NCBI GenBank assembly: GCA_003243275.1
Contig: QFQR01000008.1
Span: 11,618 to 75,617, forward strand
Source: Leifsonia xyli
GTDB taxonomy: Bacteria > Actinomycetota > Actinomycetes > Actinomycetales > Microbacteriaceae
Direction: 5' to 3'
Length of the DNA stretch: 64,000 nt
Part shown: one piece after another, positions 36,128 through 44,221 of the stretch
Layout of the letters: the number at the start of each line of letters is the position of its first letter
Numbering within the stretch: position 1 is the stretch's first letter
The notes under the pieces: model-generated
Seen by the model: the letters and a program-made list of their open reading frames with translations, nothing else
Told to the model about the DNA's origin: nothing
The model's database searches: none
Position numbers and translations under genes: made by a program

Positions 36128-36992
36128 CGGCCCTCCGAGCCCGCAGCTGGATCACGGTGACGATCGCGATGATCGCGAACAGCACGACCGACCCGGCGCT
36201 CGCGTAGCCGAACTGGCTCGACGAGAAGCCCTTCTGGTAGAGGAAGAGCGCGATCGAGGTGGAGGCGCCGAGCGGCCCGCCCTTCGTGAGCACGAACGGC
36301 TCGTCGAAGAACTGCAGCCATGCGATGACGGTGGTGATGGTCACGAAGAAGATCGCGAACCTGAGCAGCGGGATGACGATCGACCAGGTGCGCCGCACCG
36401 ATCCCGCCCCGTCGATCGAGGCGGCCTCCAGGTACTCCTTCGGCACGCCCTGGAGGGCCGCGAGGAAGATGATCACGTTGAGCCCGAGCCCACGCCAGAT
36501 CGCGACCGCCGCGACGGAGAACTTGACGACGACCGGGTCGGAGAGCCAGGGAACGGGCGGCAGCCCGACGAGCGACAGCAGGTGGTTGAAGAGCCCGAAC
36601 TGGGTGTTGTAGAGGTAGCCCCAGACGAGGGCGACGGCGACGATGGCCGTGATCGCGGGAACGAAGTAGAAAGAGCGCAGCGCGCGGAAGAACCGGCTCT
36701 GCGAGCGGTTCAGGGCGAGCGCGATGACGAGCGAGAGGATGATGACGCTCGGCACCCCCATGAGCGCGAAGATCGCCGTGTTGCCGAGGGCCTGCCAGAA
36801 GGCCGGGTCGCCGAACAGCTCGACGTAGTTCTCCAGCCCGATGAAGCGGATGCGCGACCAGTTGCCGAGTCCCGCGAGGTTCATGTCGGTGAAGCTCACG
36901 AGCAGGGCGACCGCGATCGGGAGCACACCGAAGGCGATGAGCAGGATCATCGCCGGCGTGATGAAGCCGTAGGGCGCGAAGCGAGTTCTCAT
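36114..36992 (-). CDS. carbohydrate ABC transporter permease
   Basis: Six TM helices with the EAA loop LEAASIDGAGSVRRTWSIVIP. It overlaps the next permease gene by 14 nt. Confidence 0.9.
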   Translation of the reverse strand: MRTRFAPYGFITPAMILLIAFGVLPIAVALLVSFTDMNLAGLGNWSRIRFIGLENYVELFGDPAFWQALGNTAIFALMGVPSVIILSLVIALALNRSQSRFFRALRSFYFVPAITAIVAVALVWGYLYNTQFGLFNHLLSLVGLPPVPWLSDPVVVKFSVAAVAIWRGLGLNVIIFLAALQGVPKEYLEAASIDGAGSVRRTWSIVIPLLRFAIFFVTITTVIAWLQFFDEPFVLTKGGPLGASTSIALFLYQKGFSSSQFGYASAGSVVLFAIIAIVTVIQLRARRADVDY

Positions 36993-37044
36993 GGGTCCGA
37001 TGCTGGTGGTGCGGGCCGACCGCGGCCGGCCCGCACCACCGGGG

Positions 37045-38292
37045 TCAGTTGACGGAGGTGCTGCTCGTCGCGTCGACGAGCGACTGCAGGGTCTGGTCGC
37101 GGTCGGCGCCGGTCAGCACGATCGCGTTGAGCGCGTCGAGCAGGGCCTTGCCGGTCTCGCCGTCCCAGTTCGGAACGAGCGGCAGGAGCCGCGCGTTGGC
37201 GAGCTGCTCCGAGTACACCGCGACGAGCGGGTCGGAGGTGAGCGCGTCATCCGTGAGGGCGTCCTTCGCGGTCGGCAGCTGACCGTCGAGGCCGTACCAG
37301 CTCACCTGGGTGTCGGGCTTCGAGAGGAAGTCGAGCAGCTGCAGCGCACCCTTCTCGTTCTTCGTCGACCCCCACACGCCGAGGTTCGAGCCGGCGAGCA
37401 GCGAGGTGTTGTCGCTCGCGGAGGGGAGCACCGAGACGCTCCACTTCCCGTCGAGCTCGGGGGCGGCGCCCTCGATGGCCGCGGCCAGGTACGGACCGCT
37501 CACGAGCATCGGCGCGACGCCGGAGGTGAACCCCTGCGTCTGGTCGAAGTCGCTGTTGGTCGGAACGGAGCCGTCGGCGTAGAGGCCCGTGTACAGGTCG
37601 ACCGCCTTCTCGAACTCGGGGGTGCCGAAGTCGATCATCCCGTCGCCGTTCACGACCTCGCCACCCTGGTCCCACGTCATGACGACGGGGAGGGCGCTGT
37701 CCCACTGGGGGATGTAGTAGCCGTACTGGCCGTCGCCGCGCGCCGCGAGGGTCTTGGCATCCGCCCGCAGCTCGTCCCAGGTGGTGGGGGCGGCGTCGAT
37801 GCCGTTCTCGGCGAGGATGTCGGTGCGCGTGAAGAGCACACGGGTGTCGGACACCCACGGCACCGAGACGATCTGACCGCCGATCGCCGTCGCGTCGCCC
37901 GCGACGCCGTCGATGAAGTTCGACGCGGCCAGGTTCGGATAGTCGGCGATCGTGGCGTCGTCGAGGGTCAGCAGCGCGCCGCTGTCGGCGAAGGTGCGGA
38001 GCTTCGAGATGCCGATCTGCAGGATGTCGGGCCCGTTGCCCGAGGCGACCGCGGTCGTGAACTTCTGGTCGATGGAGTCCCACGGGATGGCGACCGTCTC
38101 GACGTCGATGCCGGTCTCGTCCTCGAAGGGCTTCACGAGCGCGTCGAAGTGCTCCGAGCTGTCGCCCATGATCCAGACGGTGAGGCTCTTCGCGGCGGCG
38201 GGGTCGTCTCCCCCGTCGCCGGCGCTGCAGCCGGCGAGGGCGATCCCGGCGATGGCCACCGTGCTGACGGCGACCAGGCGGTTTCTCTTCAT
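37045..38292 (-). CDS. sugar ABC transporter substrate-binding lipoprotein
   Basis: Lipobox MKRNRLVAVSTVAIAGIALAGCS, and an extracellular solute-binding family 1 pattern. Start is ATG 38292. Confidence 0.9.
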   Translation of the reverse strand: MKRNRLVAVSTVAIAGIALAGCSAGDGGDDPAAAKSLTVWIMGDSSEHFDALVKPFEDETGIDVETVAIPWDSIDQKFTTAVASGNGPDILQIGISKLRTFADSGALLTLDDATIADYPNLAASNFIDGVAGDATAIGGQIVSVPWVSDTRVLFTRTDILAENGIDAAPTTWDELRADAKTLAARGDGQYGYYIPQWDSALPVVMTWDQGGEVVNGDGMIDFGTPEFEKAVDLYTGLYADGSVPTNSDFDQTQGFTSGVAPMLVSGPYLAAAIEGAAPELDGKWSVSVLPSASDNTSLLAGSNLGVWGSTKNEKGALQLLDFLSKPDTQVSWYGLDGQLPTAKDALTDDALTSDPLVAVYSEQLANARLLPLVPNWDGETGKALLDALNAIVLTGADRDQTLQSLVDATSSTSVN

Positions 38293-38326
38293 TGAGGTTC
38301 CTTTCGGATGTGGTGCAGGTGATCGT

Positions 38327-39766
38327 CTAGCCGAGCGGGGCGTCGACGGTGGCGGATGCCGTGGAGGGGAGGTCGGTTCGGAGGTTCTGGAGCAGGGCGC
38401 GGTACCAATGGGCGCTGGCCTTGGGCAGGCGCTCCTGCGTGCGGTAGTCGACGTAGACGAGGCCGAAGCGCTTGCTGTAGCCCTCGCCCCACTCGAAGTT
38501 GTCGAGCAGTGACCACACGAAGTAGCCACGCAGATCGACGCCGTCGCGGATCGCGCGACCCGCCGCGTCGAAGTACCCGGAGAGGTAGGCGATGCGCTCG
38601 AGGTCGTCGATCCCGCCCTCGGGGTCGACGTAGTCGTCGAAGCTCGCGCCGGACTCGGTGATGTAGAGCGGAAGCCGGGTGTAGTCGCGCGCGACCCGGG
38701 TCAGCACGGCGTGCAGCGACTCGGGGATCACCGACCAGCCGAAGGAAGTGGTCGCGGGCTGGGCCGGCGTCTCCTCGACGGCGAAGGGGTGCGCGGCGCT
38801 CGCCGGCACGGCGCGTGCGATGACGCGCTGGTAGTGGTTGACGCCCGCGAAGTCGACGGGCGCGGCGATCGTCTCGAGGTCGCCCGGCAGGATGAGCTCG
38901 GCGAGCCCGTGCGGGTCGAGCTGCGCGTGCACTCCCGCGCCGTAGGCGCCGAGATACACGGGATCGAGGAAGACCCGATTGCTGACGGCGTCGAGGCGGT
39001 CGGCCGCGTCGAGGTCGGCGACGGCGTCGGACGCCGGGACCACCTCGGTGACGATGTCGGTGACCCCGACGCGCGCATCCGGGGCCACCTCGCGGATCGC
39101 GCGCACGGCGAGCCCGTGGGCCAGGTTGAGGTGGTGCGCGGCGGCGGTCGCCTCGCGCAGGTCGCGATGCCCGGGGGCGTGCGGGCCGTAGCCGTAGCCG
39201 AGGAACGCGGAGCACCACTTCTCGTTGAGCGTGATCCAGTCGGCGGCGAAGTCACCGAGCGCGGCGAGGGTGCGGCGGGCGTACTCGCCGAAGCGCTCGG
39301 CGGTCGCGCGGGCGGGCCAGCCGCCGGCATCCTGCAGCGGCTGGGGCAGGTCCCAGTGATAGAGGGTGACGAACGGGCGGATGCCCCGGTCGCGCAGTCC
39401 GGCGAGGAGGTCGCGGTAGAAGGCGACCGCCTCGGGGTTCAGCTCACCGTGGCCGCTCGGCTGCAGCCGCGACCACGACACGGAGAACCGGTACACGTCG
39501 ATGCCGAGCTCTGCCATCAGGTCGAGGTCGGCGGCCCAGCGGTGGTAGTGGTCGCAGGCGGTGTCGCCGGTGTCGCCGCGGTGCACCCGGCCGGGCGTGT
39601 GCGCGAAGGTGTCCCAGATGCTCGGCCCGCGGCCGCCCTCCTGGGCTGCCCCCTCGATCTGGTAGGCGGCGGTGGCGACGCCCCAGGAGAAGTCGGCGGG
39701 GAACGCGGTCAGCTCGGGGACGGGGGAACCCGCCGGGTGGCCGGGGGTGCGGGTGAAATAGCTCAT
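38327..39766 (-). CDS. glycoside hydrolase family 1 beta-glucosidase
   Basis: FSWGVATAAYQIEGA, DHYHRW, YRFSVSWSRLQP, an acid/base region ITLNEKW, and a nucleophile region YITESGA. Confidence 0.9.
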   Translation of the reverse strand: MSYFTRTPGHPAGSPVPELTAFPADFSWGVATAAYQIEGAAQEGGRGPSIWDTFAHTPGRVHRGDTGDTACDHYHRWAADLDLMAELGIDVYRFSVSWSRLQPSGHGELNPEAVAFYRDLLAGLRDRGIRPFVTLYHWDLPQPLQDAGGWPARATAERFGEYARRTLAALGDFAADWITLNEKWCSAFLGYGYGPHAPGHRDLREATAAAHHLNLAHGLAVRAIREVAPDARVGVTDIVTEVVPASDAVADLDAADRLDAVSNRVFLDPVYLGAYGAGVHAQLDPHGLAELILPGDLETIAAPVDFAGVNHYQRVIARAVPASAAHPFAVEETPAQPATTSFGWSVIPESLHAVLTRVARDYTRLPLYITESGASFDDYVDPEGGIDDLERIAYLSGYFDAAGRAIRDGVDLRGYFVWSLLDNFEWGEGYSKRFGLVYVDYRTQERLPKASAHWYRALLQNLRTDLPSTASATVDAPLG

Positions 39767-39850
39767 CGGGCGCCTTCGCTCTTTGTCTAGGCCTTAGAGT
39801 AAGTCCTGGACGAGGGGGACGCAAGTCCTGTCCCGGATCGCTCATCGGAG

Positions 39851-39867
39851 GTATACCACGGGTATAC
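39851..39867. promoter_or_regulatory. palindrome GTATACC-N3-GGTATAC overlapping a -10-like TATACT just upstream of the antitoxin ATG
   Basis: Perfect 7-bp inverted repeat at 39851-39857 / 39861-39867. TATACT (39863-39868) ends 6 nt before ATG 39875, which suggests a leaderless, autoregulated mazE-like transcript. Confidence 0.35.
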
Positions 39868-39874
39868 TTCCGGC

Positions 39875-40147
39875 ATGGTGACGACGATCAAGGTCAGCGA
39901 GGAGGTGCGCGACCGGCTCAAGGAGCAGGCGGCGATCCACGGCCGCACGATCGGCGAGCAGATCGCGGAGCTGGTCGCCCGAGCCGAACGCGACGAGCGG
40001 TTCGCGCGGCTGCGCCGCCAGATCGCCGCGACGCCCGCCGCCGAGCGCGACGCCCGCGCGGCCGAGATCGCGGCCTGGCAGGAGGCATCCGGCGACGGCC
40101 TCCCGGCCGACGACTTCCGCGCCTGGCCGGGGTATGCAGAGCACTGA
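39875..40147 (+). CDS. type II antitoxin (RHH/MazE-like)
   Basis: MVTTIKVSEEVRDRLKEQAAIHGRTIGEQIAELV is an RHH-type N-terminus. It overlaps the MazF gene by 14 nt. Confidence 0.65.
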   Translation: MVTTIKVSEEVRDRLKEQAAIHGRTIGEQIAELVARAERDERFARLRRQIAATPAAERDARAAEIAAWQEASGDGLPADDFRAWPGYAEH

Positions 40148-40472
40148 GCTCTGGCCGGGCGACATCGTCTGGGCGGACCTCGCTCCCACCCGCGGGCGGG
40201 AGCAGGCGGGGCGACGACCCGTGCTCGTCGTGGCCAACCGCGCCTACCTCGGGCTCGTCGCCGACCTGGCGATCGTCGTGCCGCTGACCACACGTGACCG
40301 CGGCTGGGACAACCACGTCGAGGTCGGCGCCGAGCTCCCCGAGCGGTCCTGGGCGATGACCGAGCAGGTGCGCACCGTCGACAGGCTGCGCCTGCGGGGG
40401 CTCATCGCGGGAGCCGACGACGAGACGATGGATGCCATCCGCGTCTGGCTCGTCGACTTCCTCGACCTCTGA
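40134..40472 (+). CDS. mazF: type II toxin, MazF/PemK family endoribonuclease
   Basis: PGDIVWADLAPTRGREQAGRRPVLVV...VVPLTT... is the PemK signature. Confidence 0.85.
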   Translation: MQSTELWPGDIVWADLAPTRGREQAGRRPVLVVANRAYLGLVADLAIVVPLTTRDRGWDNHVEVGAELPERSWAMTEQVRTVDRLRLRGLIAGADDETMDAIRVWLVDFLDL

Positions 40473-40479
40473 GCTCGCC

Positions 40480-41244
40480 TCAGCCGAGCTTGCGCCGGTA
40501 GATGAGCGCGGCCGCCGTCCACGCCACCGCGAGGATGCCGACCAACCAGGCCAGCGCGATCCACAGCTCGCCTCCCACCGGCTGCCCGGCGAAGAGGGCG
40601 CGGATGCTGTCGACGATCGAGGTGACCGGCTGGTGCTCGGCGAACCACGCGACCGGGCCCGGCATCGAGTCGGTCGGCACGAACGCCGAGCTGATGAACG
40701 GCAGGAAGATCAGCGGGTAGCTGAAGGCGCTCGCGCCGTCGACGGACTTCGCCGAGAGCCCGGCGATGACGGCGAGCCAGGTGAGGGCGAGCGTGAACAG
40801 CACGAGGATGCCGGCCACCGAGAGCCAGGCGCCGATCGACGCCCCGGTGCGGAAGCCCATGAGCAGCGCGACGCCGACCACGATCGCGAGCGACACGAGG
40901 TTCGCGACGAGCGAGGTGAGCACGTGGCCCCACAGCACGCTCGAGCGCGCGATCGGCATCGACTGGAACCGTTCGACGATGCCGCCCTGCAGGTCGAGGA
41001 AGAGCCGGTACGAGGTGTACGCGACGCCGGACGCGACCGTGATGAGCAGGATGCCGGGCAGCAGGTAGTCGATGTACGACCCGCCCGTGCCGGTGTCGAT
41101 GGCGCCGCCCAGGACGAACACGAACAGCAGCATGAGCGCGACAGGGGTGACCGCGGTCGTGATGATCGTGTCGGGGCTGCGCAGGATGTGCCGCAGGGAG
41201 CGGCCGGTGAGCGTGGCGGTGTCGCCGAGGGCGTGAGCGGTCAT
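40480..41244 (-). CDS. ABC-2 type transporter permease (DrrB-like)
   Basis: Six TM helices in the ABC-2 pattern (RSLRHILRSPDTIITT...). The start overlaps the ATPase stop (ATGA). Confidence 0.85.
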   Translation of the reverse strand: MTAHALGDTATLTGRSLRHILRSPDTIITTAVTPVALMLLFVFVLGGAIDTGTGGSYIDYLLPGILLITVASGVAYTSYRLFLDLQGGIVERFQSMPIARSSVLWGHVLTSLVANLVSLAIVVGVALLMGFRTGASIGAWLSVAGILVLFTLALTWLAVIAGLSAKSVDGASAFSYPLIFLPFISSAFVPTDSMPGPVAWFAEHQPVTSIVDSIRALFAGQPVGGELWIALAWLVGILAVAWTAAALIYRRKLG

Positions 41245-42023
41245 GCCGCGTCCTTCTTTCCGGTGTCGGTGCCGACGAGGGCGAGGAAGACCTCCTCGAG
41301 GGTGGGCTGCTTCTCGACGTACTCGACCGTCGCGGGCGGCAGCAGCGCCTTCAGCTCGGCGAGGGTGCCGTTCTGGATGATGACCCCCGCGTGCAGGATG
41401 GCGATGCGGTCGGCGAGCTGCTCGGCCTCGTCGAGGTACTGGGTGGTGAGCAGCACGGTGGTGCCGCCCGCGGCGAGCTCGGTGATCGTGCGCCACACCT
41501 CGAGGCGCGCCTGAGGGTCGAGGCCCGTCGTCGGCTCGTCGAGGACCACGACGGACGGGTCGCCGATGAGGCTCATGGCGATGTCGAGGCGCCGCCGCAT
41601 ACCGCCGGAGTAGGTGCCGGCCCGACGAGGCCCGGCGTCGGTGAGCGCGAAACGGGCGAGCAGCGCGTCGGCGACGGTGCCGGGGTCGGGAAGGTGCCGC
41701 AGCCGCGCCACGAGCACGAGGTTCTCCCGCCCGCTGAGCACCTCGTCGACCGCCGCGAACTGGCCGGTGAGGCTGATCGCCTCGCGCACCCGGCCGGGCT
41801 CTCGCGCCACGTCGACGCCGTCGACGGATGCCGTGCCGGCATCCGCGCGCAGGAGGGTGGCGAGGATGCGCACGAGCGTCGTCTTGCCCGCGCCGTTCGA
41901 GCCGAGCAGCGCGACGATGCTTCCGCGCGCGACCTCGAGGTCGACGCCGCGCAGCACGGCGAGCTCGCCGAACGCCTTCTCGAGCCCCGTGACGCGGATG
42001 GCGGGTGCGGTGGCGGCGGTCAT
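41241..42023 (-). CDS. ABC transporter ATP-binding protein (DrrA-like)
   Basis: Walker A GSNGAGKTT, signature YSGGMRRRL, and Walker B VVVLDEPTTGLD. Confidence 0.9.
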   Translation of the reverse strand: MTAATAPAIRVTGLEKAFGELAVLRGVDLEVARGSIVALLGSNGAGKTTLVRILATLLRADAGTASVDGVDVAREPGRVREAISLTGQFAAVDEVLSGRENLVLVARLRHLPDPGTVADALLARFALTDAGPRRAGTYSGGMRRRLDIAMSLIGDPSVVVLDEPTTGLDPQARLEVWRTITELAAGGTTVLLTTQYLDEAEQLADRIAILHAGVIIQNGTLAELKALLPPATVEYVEKQPTLEEVFLALVGTDTGKKDAA

Positions 42024-42394
42024 CGCTCCTCCTCCTTCTCGAGTCCCGTGATGGTGTCGGTGAGCCGGTTGCGCTCCTTGTCGATCCAGCGCTTGCCCGA
42101 GTAGGCGGCGGCGAAGGCCTCCGCGAACTCGACGGGGTCGTCGCCCACGATCGACGCGATGGGTGCGCCGTCGGCGGCGGCACGCTCCCACAGGTCGGCG
42201 AAGTCGCCGAGCATCGTCAGCATGACGGCGCTGTCGCCGTCGGTGATGCCGCCGTTGTGCATGAGGTAGCGCTCGAACGCCTCGGCGGCCGTGCGGTACG
42301 GCTCGGGCAGCGCGGCGATCCGCGCCTTGTACTGGCGGTAGGCCTTCTTGTCGGCGAGCGATCCGGTGACCAGCTCGTACCATTTGGCAGCCAT
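42020..42394 (-). CDS. DUF1048 domain protein
   Basis: MAAKWYELVTGSLADKKAYRQYKARIAALPEPYR matches the DUF1048 N-terminus. It has the usual position between PadR and ABC genes. Confidence 0.7.
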   Translation of the reverse strand: MAAKWYELVTGSLADKKAYRQYKARIAALPEPYRTAAEAFERYLMHNGGITDGDSAVMLTMLGDFADLWERAAADGAPIASIVGDDPVEFAEAFAAAYSGKRWIDKERNRLTDTITGLEKEEER

Positions 42395-42395
42395 C

Positions 42396-42749
42396 TCAGC
42401 TGTCTCCTTCCGGGGTGGTGGGGGTGGGTGCGCCGCGCAGGCTCTCGATGTGGGCGGCGAGGAAGCTCCAGGTGCTCCAGAACTCCTCGAGCTGGGCCCG
42501 GCCCGCCGCGTTGAGCGTGTAGACCTTGCGCGGCGGCCCCTTCTCGGACGGCACCTTCTCGACGTCGACGAAGCCGCGCTGCTCGATGCGCACGAGGAGT
42601 GCGTAGACGGTGCCCTCGACGAGGTCGGAGAACCCCTGCTCGCGCAGGCGTGCCGTGATCTCGTATCCGTAGGCCGATCTCTCGGCCAGCACGGCGAGCA
42701 CGATGCCCTCGAGGGTGCCCTTGAGCATCTCGGTCATCTGGTTGGCCAT
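42396..42749 (-). CDS. PadR family transcriptional regulator
   Basis: LKGTLEGIVLAVLAERSAYGYEITARLRE...GTVYALLVRIEQRGFV...KVYTLNAAG. Confidence 0.85.
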   Translation of the reverse strand: MANQMTEMLKGTLEGIVLAVLAERSAYGYEITARLREQGFSDLVEGTVYALLVRIEQRGFVDVEKVPSEKGPPRKVYTLNAAGRAQLEEFWSTWSFLAAHIESLRGAPTPTTPEGDS

Positions 42750-42840
42750 CCCGGCTCCCCACTACTCTGCGATGTTGACTACCGGTAGACGGTAACACTG
42801 AGTACCGCTACTTGGCAACACCGAGTACCGGATGTATGTC

Positions 42841-42922
42841 TCAGAAATGCAGGAGAACCCGACCGGAAGAGGTCAGCGCCCCGCGTTCGCGGGGGGAGAC
42901 GACGGATCTCCTGCATTTCTGA
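42841..42922 (+). promoter_or_regulatory. structured element (three-way junction) in the putative 5' leader of the TauE gene
   Basis: A perfect 16-bp outer stem pairs TCAGAAATGCAGGAGA (42841-42856) with TCTCCTGCATTTCTGA (42907-42922). It encloses two small hairpins (GACC-ggaaga-GGTC and CCCCGC-gttc-GCGGGG). It ends 8 nt before ATG 42931. Confidence 0.35.
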
Positions 42923-42930
42923 GGGGACGG

Positions 42931-43740
42931 ATGCGGAGTCGACCGGGTGCGACGACGCCAGAATGGAGTGTGACCCCGCCCACGACTCGCCCGCCCGTCT
43001 GGGCGCTCCTCGGGATCGGCGCCGTCACCGGCCTCGTGTCGGGTCTCTTCGGGGTCGGCGGCGGGGTGGTGATCGTGCCCGCGCTCGTCGCAGCGTTTCG
43101 GATGGACCAGCGCCGCGCATCCGCCACCTCGCTCGTGGCGCTGCTGCCCATCTCGATCGCGGGCACCGTCAGCTACGCGATCAGCGGCCAGGTGGACGTG
43201 CCCGCCGCCGCGCTGCTCGCCGTCGGCAGCGTCGTCGGCTCGCCGATCGGGGTGCGGCTGCTGCACCGGCTGCCGTCGCACGCGCTTCCCTGGATCTTCG
43301 TCGGCTTCATCGGCGTAGTCATCGTCTCCCTCCTGCTCTCGCCCGCCACCCGCGACGGCGACATCGAGATCGGATGGGCGTCCGGCGCGGCGCTCGTCGG
43401 CATCGGGCTCGTCGCCGGCATCCTCTCCGGGCTCGTCGGCGTGGGCGGCGGGGTAGTCGCCGTGCCGGGGCTCGAAGTGGTGGTCGGTGCGGGCGACCTG
43501 CTGGCGCGCGGCACCTCGCTCGCCATGATGATCCCCACCACCGTGGTCGGCATCCTGTCGCACCGGAAGCATGTGGACGTCGACCTGCGCTCCGGGCTGT
43601 CGCTCGGCGCGGCGGCCGTGCTCGTCACCCCGCTCGGCTCATGGCTCGCCCACCAGCTCGATCCACGCGTCGGCTCGATCTTCTTCGCGGCGTTCCTCGT
43701 CGCGGTCTGCGTCGTCGTCGTGCTGCGCGCCCGCCGATAG
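42931..43740 (+). CDS. sulfite exporter TauE/SafE family membrane protein
   Basis: Duplicated GLxGxGGGxxxVP motif (GLFGVGGGVVIVPAL and GLVGVGGGVVAVPGL) and 8 TM helices. The start is uncertain: ATG 42931 is preferred, and the ORF track starts at 42832 inside the hairpin. Confidence 0.8.
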   Translation: MRSRPGATTPEWSVTPPTTRPPVWALLGIGAVTGLVSGLFGVGGGVVIVPALVAAFRMDQRRASATSLVALLPISIAGTVSYAISGQVDVPAAALLAVGSVVGSPIGVRLLHRLPSHALPWIFVGFIGVVIVSLLLSPATRDGDIEIGWASGAALVGIGLVAGILSGLVGVGGGVVAVPGLEVVVGAGDLLARGTSLAMMIPTTVVGILSHRKHVDVDLRSGLSLGAAAVLVTPLGSWLAHQLDPRVGSIFFAAFLVAVCVVVVLRARR

Positions 43741-43801
43741 CGGCGTTCGCAGGTCGCGTCAAGGGCGGGCACCGCCCCGACCGCCGGAGCATCGTTGTGC
43801 C

Positions 43802-44221
43802 GTGCACGCCGCCCGCAGGATCACCGCCGCCGCGCTGGCGCTCGCGGCGGGCCTCGCGCTCACCGCCTGCGCCTCCCTCGATGACACCCTCGGCGACGCG
43901 GCCGACGCCGGCGTCGCCGCCCTCGGATCCTCCGCGATCGCGACCGAACTGCACGGCGAGGGCGCGCTCGTCGCCCCGACCGCCGACACGGTGCTCTCCG
44001 ACGCCGTGACCGAGTTGACGGACGCGTCGCGCACCGTGCTCGAGCTCACGCCGACCGACCCCGACGCCGAGGCGCGCCGCGACGCCGTCGAGGGCGCCCT
44101 CCGCGACGCGCTCGACGCCGTCGTCGGCGCGCGGGCGGCGCTCGCCCGCGGAGACGGGCTCGACGCCTGGACCGGACGACTCCACGACGCCCGCGACCGG
44201 CTGGAGGCGGCATCCTCGTGA
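43802..44221 (+). CDS. putative lipoprotein (139 aa)
   Basis: GTG 43802 gives VHAARRITAAALALAAGLALTAC, a signal peptide with a lipobox. The helical Ala/Asp-rich remainder follows, and the stop overlaps the Nramp start. Confidence 0.55.
   Translation: MHAARRITAAALALAAGLALTACASLDDTLGDAADAGVAALGSSAIATELHGEGALVAPTADTVLSDAVTELTDASRTVLELTPTDPDAEARRDAVEGALRDALDAVVGARAALARGDGLDAWTGRLHDARDRLEAASS

Noticed and set aside
42832-42930. ATG 42832 as the TauE start codon, as in the ORF track.
   Set aside because: It would translate a perfect 16-bp inverted repeat plus inner hairpins into a hydrophilic 33-aa extension, and TauE proteins normally begin close to the first TM helix. ATG 42931 with an adjacent GAGGGGA is preferred. 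This remains unproven.
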